DNA from: Cyanobacteriota bacterium
GTDB taxonomy: Bacteria; Cyanobacteriota; Cyanobacteriia; Cyanobacteriales; Nostocaceae
NCBI GenBank assembly: GCA_046045965.1
Contig: JBJOKS010000023.1
Span: 1-64,000, forward strand
Direction: 5' to 3'
DNA length: 64,000 nucleotides
The notes under the pieces: model-generated
The model's input: only the letters and a program-made list of their open reading frames with translations
Told to the model about the DNA's origin: nothing
Databases searched by the model: none
Shown here: positions 44,588 through 54,030 of the stretch, piece after piece
How the letters are laid out: each line of letters starts with the position of its first letter
Numbering within the stretch: position 1 is the stretch's first letter
Program-made: the position numbers and the translations under genes

Positions 44588-44851
44588 TCATTTGGTTTCA
44601 CTTATATCTATACCATCTTTGATTGACTTAGAAATCAAAGCATAACTGGTGTTAAAACCAGCCAGTAGAAAGAATATATCCACAGCAGCATATCCCACCC
44701 TGGCTGAATTTCTATCTAAAATAGAAATGATGGATGTGCGTTCTGGATAATTTTGAAAAAAATGAAATAAGACAATTCCTAATATTGCTAAACCTTTGGT
44801 TCTATCAATCCAATGAAATCTTGTTTTTTGGGGTGTATTTGATGTAGCCAT
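44588..44851 (-). pseudogene. truncated acyltransferase-3 (O-acetyltransferase) N-terminus
   Basis: RFHWIDRTKGLAILGIVLFHF...AVDIFFLLAGF, then a stop at 87 aa; the family is normally several hundred aa and multi-TM. Confidence 0.75.
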
Positions 44852-44873
44852 ATCCTCAATCTTCTGATTCAGA

Positions 44874-46505
44874 TCATTTTTTATTCAGACGTTTTTTCTT
44901 GTCTTTGGTTTTGTCGGTTGTTTCTTCTGGAACTATTTGTTTATCCAGGATTGGTAACTTAAAAATGATTCCTGCACATAACCAATAATAAACAGCCACT
45001 GGATCGACATCCAGAGGATAGTAATAAGTATTATAACTGATAAACAGTACAAACACCCACATACTAGCACCATAAGTCCGTAAGTTACGGTTTTTTATAC
45101 TGCGATATGTCTTAAAAGCAGCTTTTGTAATACAGGTAACAAATATGAGAAACGCCAAGACTCCTACAATTCCGACTTCATAGAGAACTTTGGGATAGTA
45201 GGTTTCCACTAACTTAGTTGAACCCATGACACGGGCGGAGTTTGTAGCTTTACCTAAACCAGCACCAAGCGGTTTATCATCAACACTTTTCCAGTTTTCG
45301 TGAAATTGATCAACAATAAACTGATGAGGAGGTGAGGCATTCCAACGACTCACAAAACTGTCTGTTCTTTCTTGAACGAGAGTGGGGTTAGCGGCCATAG
45401 CAATGAACAAAATGACTAGCAAACCTCCTCCCAAGGGTATAAACTTTTTGAGGTTAGCTAGTTGACCTGTCAATAGTAGCAAAACTACAAAGCTGACTGG
45501 AACCAAAGCTAGAGCTATTCTCTGTCCACAGACAACAGCGTTCATAAATACCAAGACGGCAGCGACTATACCGATCAATCGCCAGATAATAGATTTGTCG
45601 CTGAAAATGGTAGCATAGGCGAAGAAAGTAGAGGAAATTAAGAACCAACCCCACTGCCAAGGGGCAACAAAAGTTCCTGGTAAACGAATCACTCCTTGAT
45701 CTGGACTATACAACAACGCTCCGCCAAAATAGCAACGAGAATCAAGAGATGCTTTAAACAACAAATCTCCCTCAACACCTGTAGTTCCTTTACATATTCC
45801 TTTGAGAAGTAGGATGTATTGGATCAATCCCAAAACGCAACAAATAATAATCAGAACAATTTGAATCCGAGACAACCACCAAAACTCTTTAAGATCACGA
45901 ATTAAATAATAGACACAAGTAATTAATGGTACATAGCCGATAAATACTTTTAAACCTAAAATTCCCAATCCTATGGGTATGTCTCCTCCAGAGGGGTTTA
46001 ACTGCTCTCCACCATTAATAAACAGTAGGGTCAGCATACAACAGCTAAACAGAATTAAAAAGGGAGTCTTAATAGTTTTGGGAACAATAAAGGGCTGTTT
46101 TTGCTGTTTGCAGCTTTGCCAGACGGCGATCGCTACTGGGACAAAAAAAGCATCTTTCGCTAATTGCATGATGGGACTTCCACCCAACCAGTAAACCACT
46201 GTACCCGCAAACGGCAAGTAGATGACGAAGGCAAATAAAGCATAGTTTGGGTATTTGTAACAAAGGGTGAGGACTATGATCCCTAATGCACCAGGGGCGG
46301 CTAATTTAATTCCTCCTGCAAAAAAAAGCACCAATCCTAAGAAGAAAGCACTGGCTACAAGTTTACTAACTAAGCTAGTAAATTCTTTTCGCGCTTGCAT
46401 AGCTTTGCGTTTTAAGGCTAACTCTTCTTTGAGACTTAAAGCCGGCTTATCTCCTGCTTTCTGTTTATTCTTTCCACCTTTGGTTTTTTTCTTGGTTTTG
46501 AGCAT
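44874..46505 (-). CDS. hpsL: hormogonium polysaccharide biosynthesis membrane protein, HpsL-like
   Basis: multi-TM; IRLPGTFVAPWQW, GAGLGKATNSAR, YNTYYYPLDVDPV; start moved to MLKTKK at 46505 because the upstream extension is translated STRR. Confidence 0.78.
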   Translation of the reverse strand: MLKTKKKTKGGKNKQKAGDKPALSLKEELALKRKAMQARKEFTSLVSKLVASAFFLGLVLFFAGGIKLAAPGALGIIVLTLCYKYPNYALFAFVIYLPFAGTVVYWLGGSPIMQLAKDAFFVPVAIAVWQSCKQQKQPFIVPKTIKTPFLILFSCCMLTLLFINGGEQLNPSGGDIPIGLGILGLKVFIGYVPLITCVYYLIRDLKEFWWLSRIQIVLIIICCVLGLIQYILLLKGICKGTTGVEGDLLFKASLDSRCYFGGALLYSPDQGVIRLPGTFVAPWQWGWFLISSTFFAYATIFSDKSIIWRLIGIVAAVLVFMNAVVCGQRIALALVPVSFVVLLLLTGQLANLKKFIPLGGGLLVILFIAMAANPTLVQERTDSFVSRWNASPPHQFIVDQFHENWKSVDDKPLGAGLGKATNSARVMGSTKLVETYYPKVLYEVGIVGVLAFLIFVTCITKAAFKTYRSIKNRNLRTYGASMWVFVLFISYNTYYYPLDVDPVAVYYWLCAGIIFKLPILDKQIVPEETTDKTKDKKKRLNKK

Positions 46506-46645
46506 AACTGGGGATTGGGTACTGGGGATTGGTGACTGGGTACTGGGGATTGGGTATCGGTAAAAATCCTTTCCTCCCCTGCTTCCCCTGGTTCCCCTGC
46601 TTCCCCTGCCTCCTGACTCCTGACTCCTGACTCCTGTATTCTTCT

Positions 46646-48118
46646 TTAAGCTATATGTTCCTGTACTTGTGAAACTAATTCCTTTGTCCAATAGTTTACC
46701 AGTTCTGTATCAGCAGCTTCTACCATAACTCTGATTACAGGTTCTGTCCCAGAAGCACGGACTAATATCCGTCCATTATCACCCATTGCGGCTTCGGCTT
46801 GGGCGATCGCTTTTTGCACTGGTTCGCAATTTTCCCACCCTAACCGTTTTTCTCTGTCTTCTACCCGCACGTTTTGTAATAGTTGCGGATAGGTTTGAAA
46901 ACTTTGATCAACCATTTCCCCTAAAGAAATTCCCGCTGCTTGCACCACTGCGGCTAAATGCAATGCTGTTAATAATCCATCACCAGTAATACCATAATGA
47001 CGGCAGAGGATATGACCTGATTGTTCTCCACCTAGCATTCCCCCGGTGTTGAGCATTTCTGCCTGTACATATTGATCACCGACGGCGGTACGAATCATTT
47101 TACCGCCTTGTTTTTGCCAAGCTTTCTCAAATCCCAGGTTAGCCATGACGGTGGAAATAATCAAGTTATCTGGCAGTTGTTGTTTTTCTTGTAGATGACG
47201 ACCCCAAAGGTAGAGAATGTAATCACCGTTAACTTGTCTGCCTGTATTATCTACTGCTAAGACTCGATCCGCATCGCCATCAAAGGCAAATCCCATATCA
47301 GCGTTATATTCTTGCACCGCTGCTGCCAGAATATCTAAATCTGTAGAACCGCAATTGACGTTAATGCGATCGCCATCTGCTTGATTATGTAAACAAATTA
47401 CATCAGCACCCATCTGGGTAAATACTGATGGTGCTAATCCCACAGCCGCACCCCAAGCTAAATCTAAGACAATTTTCATCCCTTGAAGATTCACTTGGGG
47501 TTGTAATGGTTGTTGCAATGCTTGTCCGTAATCTGCTATTAACTCTGTCCGTGAGTAATGCCGTCCACAGTTACTGACACCGCTAAGAGTTGCAATTTTA
47601 CCCCGCAAACCCGCCTCAATTTCCGCTTGTAATCCTTTAGACAATTTTCCACCACCAGCACCAAATATTTTAATGCCGTTGTCTTCTGGTGGGTTATGGC
47701 TGGCAGAAATCATCACGCCACCAATAGCATCAGTAATACTTGTAAGATAAGCTACGCAGGGAGTAGGACATAAGCCCAAATACCAAACTTCTAACCCTGC
47801 TGCGGTTAAACCTGCACTCAAAGCCATTGCCAGCATATCACTAGAATTTCTAGAGTCTTGTCCCAGAATTACAGGACCATTGTGTGCAGCATGATTACGT
47901 AACACAATACCCGCCCAAAAACCTACTTGCAAGGCTAAAGGCGCACTCAGCAGTTCTCCCACTTTACCACGAATGCCATCTGTACCAAATAACGGTGTTT
48001 TTGGCAAGGATAATAAGTTGACAGCGAAACTACTTTCAATTCCTGTTTTCAATTCTTCAGATTTGGCAGTATAACCCTCAGATATACAGCTTTGAGTCCG
48101 ACTTATAGAAGAAACCAT
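46646..48118 (-). CDS. glmM: phosphoglucosamine mutase
   Basis: [36 protein letters not shown]. Confidence 0.95.
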   Translation of the reverse strand: MVSSISRTQSCISEGYTAKSEELKTGIESSFAVNLLSLPKTPLFGTDGIRGKVGELLSAPLALQVGFWAGIVLRNHAAHNGPVILGQDSRNSSDMLAMALSAGLTAAGLEVWYLGLCPTPCVAYLTSITDAIGGVMISASHNPPEDNGIKIFGAGGGKLSKGLQAEIEAGLRGKIATLSGVSNCGRHYSRTELIADYGQALQQPLQPQVNLQGMKIVLDLAWGAAVGLAPSVFTQMGADVICLHNQADGDRINVNCGSTDLDILAAAVQEYNADMGFAFDGDADRVLAVDNTGRQVNGDYILYLWGRHLQEKQQLPDNLIISTVMANLGFEKAWQKQGGKMIRTAVGDQYVQAEMLNTGGMLGGEQSGHILCRHYGITGDGLLTALHLAAVVQAAGISLGEMVDQSFQTYPQLLQNVRVEDREKRLGWENCEPVQKAIAQAEAAMGDNGRILVRASGTEPVIRVMVEAADTELVNYWTKELVSQVQEHIA

Positions 48119-48514
48119 ATTTTTCAACACTCCACACCATCACACAGGAGAATAACACTTTAAACTTTGTTCAACAATTCTGACGAAATCGCCTCTCAAC
48201 AGTACACCTGTAATCGTTTTTCTTAATGACAATTAATTTTAACGATTCTTTGTTAAGTAAAATTACAGATGGTTATTAATAATTTACTCTAGATCCCCGA
48301 TTTCTTTGATAAGTCAGGTATCTGCTCCCATACTCAGTATAAAAATGCTATTGACTCCTTGAGTATTTTGTATAATGTAACACAAATTGCTGACAACTTA
48401 ACGAATTTTAATATAAATTCTCATCAAATGGTTCTAATGTAACGTTTTAGTGGCATTTTTTCGTCATTTGTCAAAAACTCTAGCAGTTGACTTTTTAAAG
48501 TAGAGAAATTTAAC

Positions 48515-49231
48515 ATGAGCAGCAATTTAGCCTCCAAGTTACGAGTAGGGACAAAGAAAGCGCACACTATGGCAGAAAACGTGGGTTTTGTCAAGTGCTT
48601 TTTAAAAGGAGTGGTAGAGAAAAACTCCTACCGGAAACTAGTTGCTAACTTTTATTTCATCTACTCAGCGATGGAAGAGGAGATGGAAAAACATAAAAAT
48701 CATCCCATTGTGAGTAAAATTTATTTTCCTGAACTAAACCGCAAGCATACTTTAGAGCAAGATTTAGCTTACTACTACGGTTACAACTGGCGGGAGCAAA
48801 TCAAATTATCTCCTGCTGGTGAAGCGTATGTAAACCGGATTCGGGAAATTTCGGCCACAGAACCAGAATTATTAATTGCTCATTCCTATACCCGCTATCT
48901 AGGTGATTTATCTGGTGGACAAATCCTCAAAGGTATTGCAGTCACAGCGATGAAGCTGGGTGAAGGTGAAGGTACTGCTTTTTATGAGTTTGCAGATATT
49001 ACCGATGAGAAGGCGTTTAAAGCTAAATATCGGCAAAATTTGGATGAAATGCCTATTGATGATGCTACAGGCGATCGCATCACAGAAGAAGCAAATGCTG
49101 CTTTTGGTGTGAACATGAAGATGTTCCAAGAGTTAGAAGGTAATTTGATCAAAGCGATCGGTATCATGGTTTATAACACCTTGACACGGAAGCGGACAAA
49201 AGGTAGCACTGAGTTGGTGACTGCTGAGTAA
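48515..49231 (+). CDS. ho1: heme oxygenase 1
   Basis: TKKAHTMAEN, AHSYTRYLGDLSGGQIL, EEANAAF. Confidence 0.95.
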   Translation: MSSNLASKLRVGTKKAHTMAENVGFVKCFLKGVVEKNSYRKLVANFYFIYSAMEEEMEKHKNHPIVSKIYFPELNRKHTLEQDLAYYYGYNWREQIKLSPAGEAYVNRIREISATEPELLIAHSYTRYLGDLSGGQILKGIAVTAMKLGEGEGTAFYEFADITDEKAFKAKYRQNLDEMPIDDATGDRITEEANAAFGVNMKMFQELEGNLIKAIGIMVYNTLTRKRTKGSTELVTAE

Positions 49232-49322
49232 TATAGCAGGAGTCAGGAGTCAGGAGTAAAACCCTCTCATAGTAAGAGTTTTATCATCAATTGATGTCCT
49301 CACTACTCTGTCTACGGCTATA
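49232..49322 (+). mobile_element. TATAGC...GCTATA MITE-like element with internal (CAGGAGT)n
   Basis: starts right after the ho1 stop; related copies at 28231-28342 (inverted) and 50541-50618 (left end missing). Confidence 0.75.
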
Positions 49323-49412
49323 ATTAAAAATTGTCGAATTATATAGGGGTAATTTCCCTGTGATTGTTTTCTGTGCATGAAAGCAACCGGAGGGAGATTA
49401 CCGCTAAATTTT
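49245..49412 (+). repeat. 168-bp direct repeat, copy 1
   Basis: matches 50541-50708 with one mismatch (49403 G vs 50699 C). Confidence 0.95.
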
Positions 49413-49527
49413 AAGTTAGTAGGGCTTGCTGAATAACTTTTTGCTGCAAACCCTAATTGAGTAGATTTAGCTAGTTTGAACATGATTAGAGTATAATTTG
49501 TACAGAATTGGTTAAAAGTATAGAAAT

Positions 49528-50493
49528 ATGAATACCATACAACCATTAATAACCATCGGCATTCCTACATTTAATAGGTCTGCAAGCTTAAAAGCTTACA
49601 CTTTGCCCTCAATAGAAAATCTTAATTATCAAAATTATGAAGTAATAATTGTTGATGATTATTCAACCGATGAAACCCAACAACTTTTGAGTGAATATCA
49701 AAATAGATTGCAGAATTTACAGGTTTTACTTAATCCTGGAAACAAAGGAACTCCTTTTTCTAGAAATAGAATACTTGAGAACGCCAAAGGCGAAATAATT
49801 GTCTTCATGGATGATGATGTTAGTTTATTTCCTAACTGTTTAGAGGAAATTCTTAAGGTATATACACAATATCCAGAAGTCATGTTTATCTGGGGGTGTG
49901 TTTATCAATGTCATGGTTCACATGACAGAAACAAACCTACCTTTGGCAGCGGTAGCCTATTTTCTATTAGAAGTATAATTGCAGATTATTTTCAATTTGA
50001 TACTAATATTCGCTACTTGAAAACATACGTTTGTGAGGAACATGATTTCGCCAGAAGGGTACAAAAAGGAGGTGCAAAAATTATCAAAGGTGAAACAGTC
50101 CAAGCAAATCACTATCAAGCACCTTCTCAAAATAGACCTTGGCGAAGTTTGGGAGGAGATTTTAATCATCTTTATGATCAAATGAAGCGAGAAAATAATT
50201 CCATTCCCATGTATTACTATTCTCTGTTTTTAGGAGTTATACTTACAATTCAAAACCTGTTTAAAAAGCATGATTCGGGTAAAATCGTCAATAAACATCA
50301 TTTGCATGAAGCAGTAATAATGTTTAAAAATATATTGGTTCTCATCAAACAGAAACAATTTTTACTAACTGTTAAATGTTTTTTCTATGCTATAATTGAT
50401 ATCCCTGTACGAGCAAAAGTCAGAAGTAAAATAGAATTAAAGAAGTCTAAGGAATTTAGCTTATTAGCTCAAAGTGGTACGACAACTAGCTGA
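49528..50493 (+). CDS. GT2 family glycosyltransferase
   Basis: ITIGIPTFNR, IIVDDYSTD, SRN, VFMDDD, EEHDF; AT-rich. Confidence 0.88.
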   Translation: MNTIQPLITIGIPTFNRSASLKAYTLPSIENLNYQNYEVIIVDDYSTDETQQLLSEYQNRLQNLQVLLNPGNKGTPFSRNRILENAKGEIIVFMDDDVSLFPNCLEEILKVYTQYPEVMFIWGCVYQCHGSHDRNKPTFGSGSLFSIRSIIADYFQFDTNIRYLKTYVCEEHDFARRVQKGGAKIIKGETVQANHYQAPSQNRPWRSLGGDFNHLYDQMKRENNSIPMYYYSLFLGVILTIQNLFKKHDSGKIVNKHHLHEAVIMFKNILVLIKQKQFLLTVKCFFYAIIDIPVRAKVRSKIELKKSKEFSLLAQSGTTTS

Positions 50494-50540
50494 TAAATTG
50501 CCAAGTAGGGAATGCTCTTGAAAGTCTTTTCGTGAGGGTT

Positions 50541-50708
50541 AGGAGTCAGGAGTAAAACCCTCTCATAGTAAGAGTTTTATCATCAATTGATGTCCTCACT
50601 ACTCTGTCTACGGCTATAATTAAAAATTGTCGAATTATATAGGGGTAATTTCCCTGTGATTGTTTTCTGTGCATGAAAGCAACCGGAGGGAGATTACCCC
50701 TAAATTTT
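50541..50708 (+). repeat. 168-bp direct repeat, copy 2
   Basis: see copy 1; contains a long hairpin at 50640-50702. Confidence 0.95.
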
Positions 50709-50889
50709 TCATTCAGCAGACGAAATTCTTGCACACCCCGCGAGGAAATTTGATAATATAGCTTATCTTAAATCCTTCTTGAGAGAGAAGACACGTGAAA
50801 TAGTTATAAATACGTACTTTTAATTTCCGTATTTTCTCATATCTGAATTTGGATTGCTATAGCTGCTGTTGATACAACGCACAAAAGAA

Positions 50890-51198
50890 ATGATGAATTC
50901 AAAGAATTTCCAGAAATTAGTAGCACTTGCACATGAACACGGGATTAATTGCCAAGCAGCACCAGAAGAGTGCTTAGTTGCATCCTTACCTGGATACGAC
51001 GATTTTCTATTAGCTTTTACTTGGTCTGGTGCAGTTGAAGGAGAACCATCAGAGCATGAATTAATAGCAATTAGCGTACAGGATATTACTAAACAGAGAT
51101 TAGTAGCAGCTTGGCAGATTCCGACTTACTTATTTAGCAATGTACTAAGACAAGCACAGATGCTTGTAGCTGCTCATATAGATTTTATCAGGGGATAA
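50890..51198 (+). CDS. hypothetical protein
   Basis: open frame with normal composition; no recognised motif; ATG at 50890 preferred. Confidence 0.6.
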   Translation: MMNSKNFQKLVALAHEHGINCQAAPEECLVASLPGYDDFLLAFTWSGAVEGEPSEHELIAISVQDITKQRLVAAWQIPTYLFSNVLRQAQMLVAAHIDFIRG

Positions 51199-51522
51199 AC
51201 CTGAGCTTTTCGCTATATCCATATCTCAGGAAATCCCAAATTCTTACTAAGATACTAGGAGGAGTCGTATATTTAGTATTTTTACTAAGTATTTACTATC
51301 ACAATCTATCATGAATCTTGATTGTTAATTTGTGTTCTTAAAGCAGATACAGAATAGTTTTTTAGTTTTGAGATCAACTATTTGGTGAATAAAAAAGTTA
51401 CATTTTATCGGCTTAATATTGTCAGCAAAAAGTTGTTTTTAGGTACATATCTAAGGGTAGATACAATCCACTATAAAAAAGTTTAGATTTGTCTGGAACT
51501 GTAAAGACATTAGTGAAAAAAC

Positions 51523-51924
51523 ATGGCTGACATTGTTGATACCGCTGCAAACGCTGGCTCTTTTAACACCTTAGTTACTGCGGTTCAGGCTGCTGGGTTA
51601 GTTGATACTCTCAAAGGTCCAGGACCATTTACAGTTTTTGCACCTACTGATGAGGCATTTGCTAAACTTCCAGCAGGTACGGTAGATGCTTTACTGAATG
51701 ATATTCCCAAGCTCAAGAAAATCCTAACTTATCATGTTGTTTCCGGTAAGGTGTTAGCAGCAGATGTAGTTAAACTCAAGTCAGCTACTACTGTACAGGG
51801 TTCAGATGTGAAAATTGACGCTTCCAATGGTGTGAAGATCAATGATGCTAAAGTTGCAACACCAGATGTTGCTGCTGATAACGGCGTTATTCATGTCATT
51901 GATACAGTTTTGATTCCTGCGTAA
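51523..51924 (+). CDS. fasciclin (FAS1) domain protein
   Basis: [31 protein letters not shown]. Confidence 0.95.
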   Translation: MADIVDTAANAGSFNTLVTAVQAAGLVDTLKGPGPFTVFAPTDEAFAKLPAGTVDALLNDIPKLKKILTYHVVSGKVLAADVVKLKSATTVQGSDVKIDASNGVKINDAKVATPDVAADNGVIHVIDTVLIPA

Positions 51925-51955
51925 GCAAGCCTTTAGATAGAGAAAGAACACATTT

Positions 51956-51989
51956 ATGGGGCAGCGATTAACTATAGTCGCTGTCCTAT
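51956..51989. terminator. hairpin between convergent fasciclin and xisI genes
   Basis: GGGGCAGCGAT-loop-GTCGCTGTCCT stem. Confidence 0.55.
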
Positions 51990-52055
51990 ATTGTTATATA
52001 TGGATATTGATCATCATTCCAACCAATATCTAAAACTAAAGGCAAAAATGATGTA

Positions 52056-52394
52056 CTAACTAACAGCAAAGTTTGTATATGCTCTGATTTTAGGATGACG
52101 AAAACCAAGTACAATATCCTGTGCAGGAACACCTGCTGCTATAAAATCATTAGCAATACCTTCTTCTGTATCATCATATTGAATCCAAATTTTATTATCA
52201 ATTAAATCTACATGAATAGGTGTGGTATGTAGATATTGATCATCATTCCAACCGATATCTAATACTAGATAACGTTCATGTTCATCATCAAATAAAACTT
52301 GGGAGTTATAACCATCAGGTATAGAAGCGCGATATTCGGCGGTTTCTGTTAATATGCTTTTGATGATTTCTTGATATTTTAATTTGGTATCCAT
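52056..52394 (-). CDS. xisI: XisI family protein
   Basis: FDDEHERYLVLDIGW, HVDL, KIWIQYDDTEEGIA, GVPAQDIVLGF. Confidence 0.92.
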   Translation of the reverse strand: MDTKLKYQEIIKSILTETAEYRASIPDGYNSQVLFDDEHERYLVLDIGWNDDQYLHTTPIHVDLIDNKIWIQYDDTEEGIANDFIAAGVPAQDIVLGFRHPKIRAYTNFAVS

Positions 52395-52798
52395 TGTACT
52401 ATCTCCTCATTTTTATCATCAAATACAATCAGTTTGATAATTTGGTTATTGATTAAAAGCTGTCCTATTTCTACTGTAAATACACTATTAAAAACAGGTT
52501 GAGAAATTGCTAAATATAAATCTCTATTTTCGCCAATCTCATTAAGTATTTGTTTATATAAAATATACTGTCCTAAAGCCTGTTCTAAATCTTTAACATC
52601 AGATTCACCCACAAAACTCTTGACTTCAACAACTATTTTTTCTGTTCCTTTTTCGGCACTAATTAAACGTTCTGCACCCAAATCAGCAGATAAACGTTTA
52701 TTACCTATTTTTAAAGGAAAGGGATCATGAGTAATTGTCCACCCTGCTTTTTGTAAAGCAAGTTTGACTGTATTGTGGTAGATATCTCTTCTTGACAT
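52379..52798 (-). CDS. xisH: XisH family protein
   Basis: RDIYHNTVKLALQKAGWTITHDP, DLGAE, VEVKSF, ALGQYILY. Confidence 0.93.
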   Translation of the reverse strand: MSRRDIYHNTVKLALQKAGWTITHDPFPLKIGNKRLSADLGAERLISAEKGTEKIVVEVKSFVGESDVKDLEQALGQYILYKQILNEIGENRDLYLAISQPVFNSVFTVEIGQLLINNQIIKLIVFDDKNEEIVQWIPN

Positions 52799-52989
52799 TA
52801 TAAACCTATTCTATAATTAGTGGTTCTGGGAACTGATACAAGATTTTATGAAAACAGACTGAATAATAGTTTAGCTATTACTTACCAGAAATTGATTTTT
52901 TAGCGGTAAATTTTAACGAGTTTAGTTTGATATTAATGAAATTAGGTTAAAATCTGAATATTGGCAATTTTAGGTATAAAAACTAGATT

Positions 52990-53862
52990 ATGGCAAATTC
53001 AGAGCATTTAGCAATACTGAAGCAAGGGGTAGAAGTTTGGAATAATTGGAGAGATGATTGGAGAGATAAAAATCCTTGGTGGGTAATATTAAGACCTGAA
53101 CTGAGAGGGGCTTACCTGAATGAGGCTAACCTGAGTGAAGCTAACCTGAGAGGGGCTGACCTGAGTGGGGCTGATTTAGCGACATCCCAAGTAACGTATA
53201 CACATTTTGACAATGCAATTTTGACAGGTGCTTGTATCAAAGATTGGCATATTAATAGTAAAACAATCCTAGACGAAGTAATTTGTGAATATGTTTATCT
53301 TGATGATGAAAAAACAGAAAGACGACCTAGCTATGGTAATTTTGACCCTGGAGAATTTGCCAGCTTATATAAAAAGATTATAGAAAATACAAATTTAATT
53401 TTACCCAAAACTCCCGAAAATGATAATACTGTTAATAAGCCAGAAAATATTGATGTAGATAATACTTATAATAACCAGGGAGTTCAATTTCGTTCAGATC
53501 GAAAAATTCACACTTGGGAAAGACTACGCTTTCGCTCAAAAACAGAAATCAAAATTGCTGAAGCATTAGACAGAACTGGAGTTTTATTTGTCCCCAACTC
53601 CTCAGCAAGACTTACCACACCCAAAGGTAGAGAAAATAAAGAAGCTGATTTTCTCATTTGTTATAACAGTAAATGGGGAGTTTTAGAAGTTGATGGACCC
53701 TTTCACACCGCAGAACGCAGAGTTGAAGAACAAGAAAGAGAACGCATTTTCAAGAAAAACGGTATCAAAGTTGTAGAAAGATTTGATGCCCAAAGATGTT
53801 ATAACAATCCTGATGAAGTAGTCCAGGAATTTTTTAAAATGATAGAAATTGGATATTCTTAA
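52990..53862 (+). CDS. pentapeptide-repeat protein with C-terminal Vsr/DUF559-like nuclease domain
   Basis: MANSEHLAILKQGVEVWNNWR leader, A(N/D)LxxA repeats; C-terminal RSKTEIKIAEALD..EADFLI..LEVDGPFH..VERF. Confidence 0.75.
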   Translation: MANSEHLAILKQGVEVWNNWRDDWRDKNPWWVILRPELRGAYLNEANLSEANLRGADLSGADLATSQVTYTHFDNAILTGACIKDWHINSKTILDEVICEYVYLDDEKTERRPSYGNFDPGEFASLYKKIIENTNLILPKTPENDNTVNKPENIDVDNTYNNQGVQFRSDRKIHTWERLRFRSKTEIKIAEALDRTGVLFVPNSSARLTTPKGRENKEADFLICYNSKWGVLEVDGPFHTAERRVEEQERERIFKKNGIKVVERFDAQRCYNNPDEVVQEFFKMIEIGYS

Positions 53863-54030
53863 TACTTCTTCCTTCTTCTCTTCTTCCTTCGTGTCCTTCG
53901 TGCCTTCGTGGTTCAATAAAATAAGATCCCCGACTTCCTTTTTAAACTTGTAAATAAAATGTACATTGATCTCAAAAGTCAGGTATCTCGATCTTGTGGT
54001 AAAATCAAATAACAAAACAACAAACCAAAC

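Noticed and set aside
46506..46691. 62-aa N-terminal extension of the hpsL-like ORF
   Set aside because: Translated STRR (SQES, PIPSTQSP) overlapping the glmM end; the ATG at 46505 is more plausible.
49245..50708. Diversity-generating retroelement TR/VR pair or integron attC cassette
   Set aside because: The single mismatch is G/C rather than adenine-specific, the repeats are non-coding, there is no reverse transcriptase or integrase in the window, and attC R/L boxes are absent.
49250..50734. Two similar minus-strand ORFs (98 aa and 62 aa)
   Set aside because: By-products of the 168-bp non-coding direct repeat; no protein motif.
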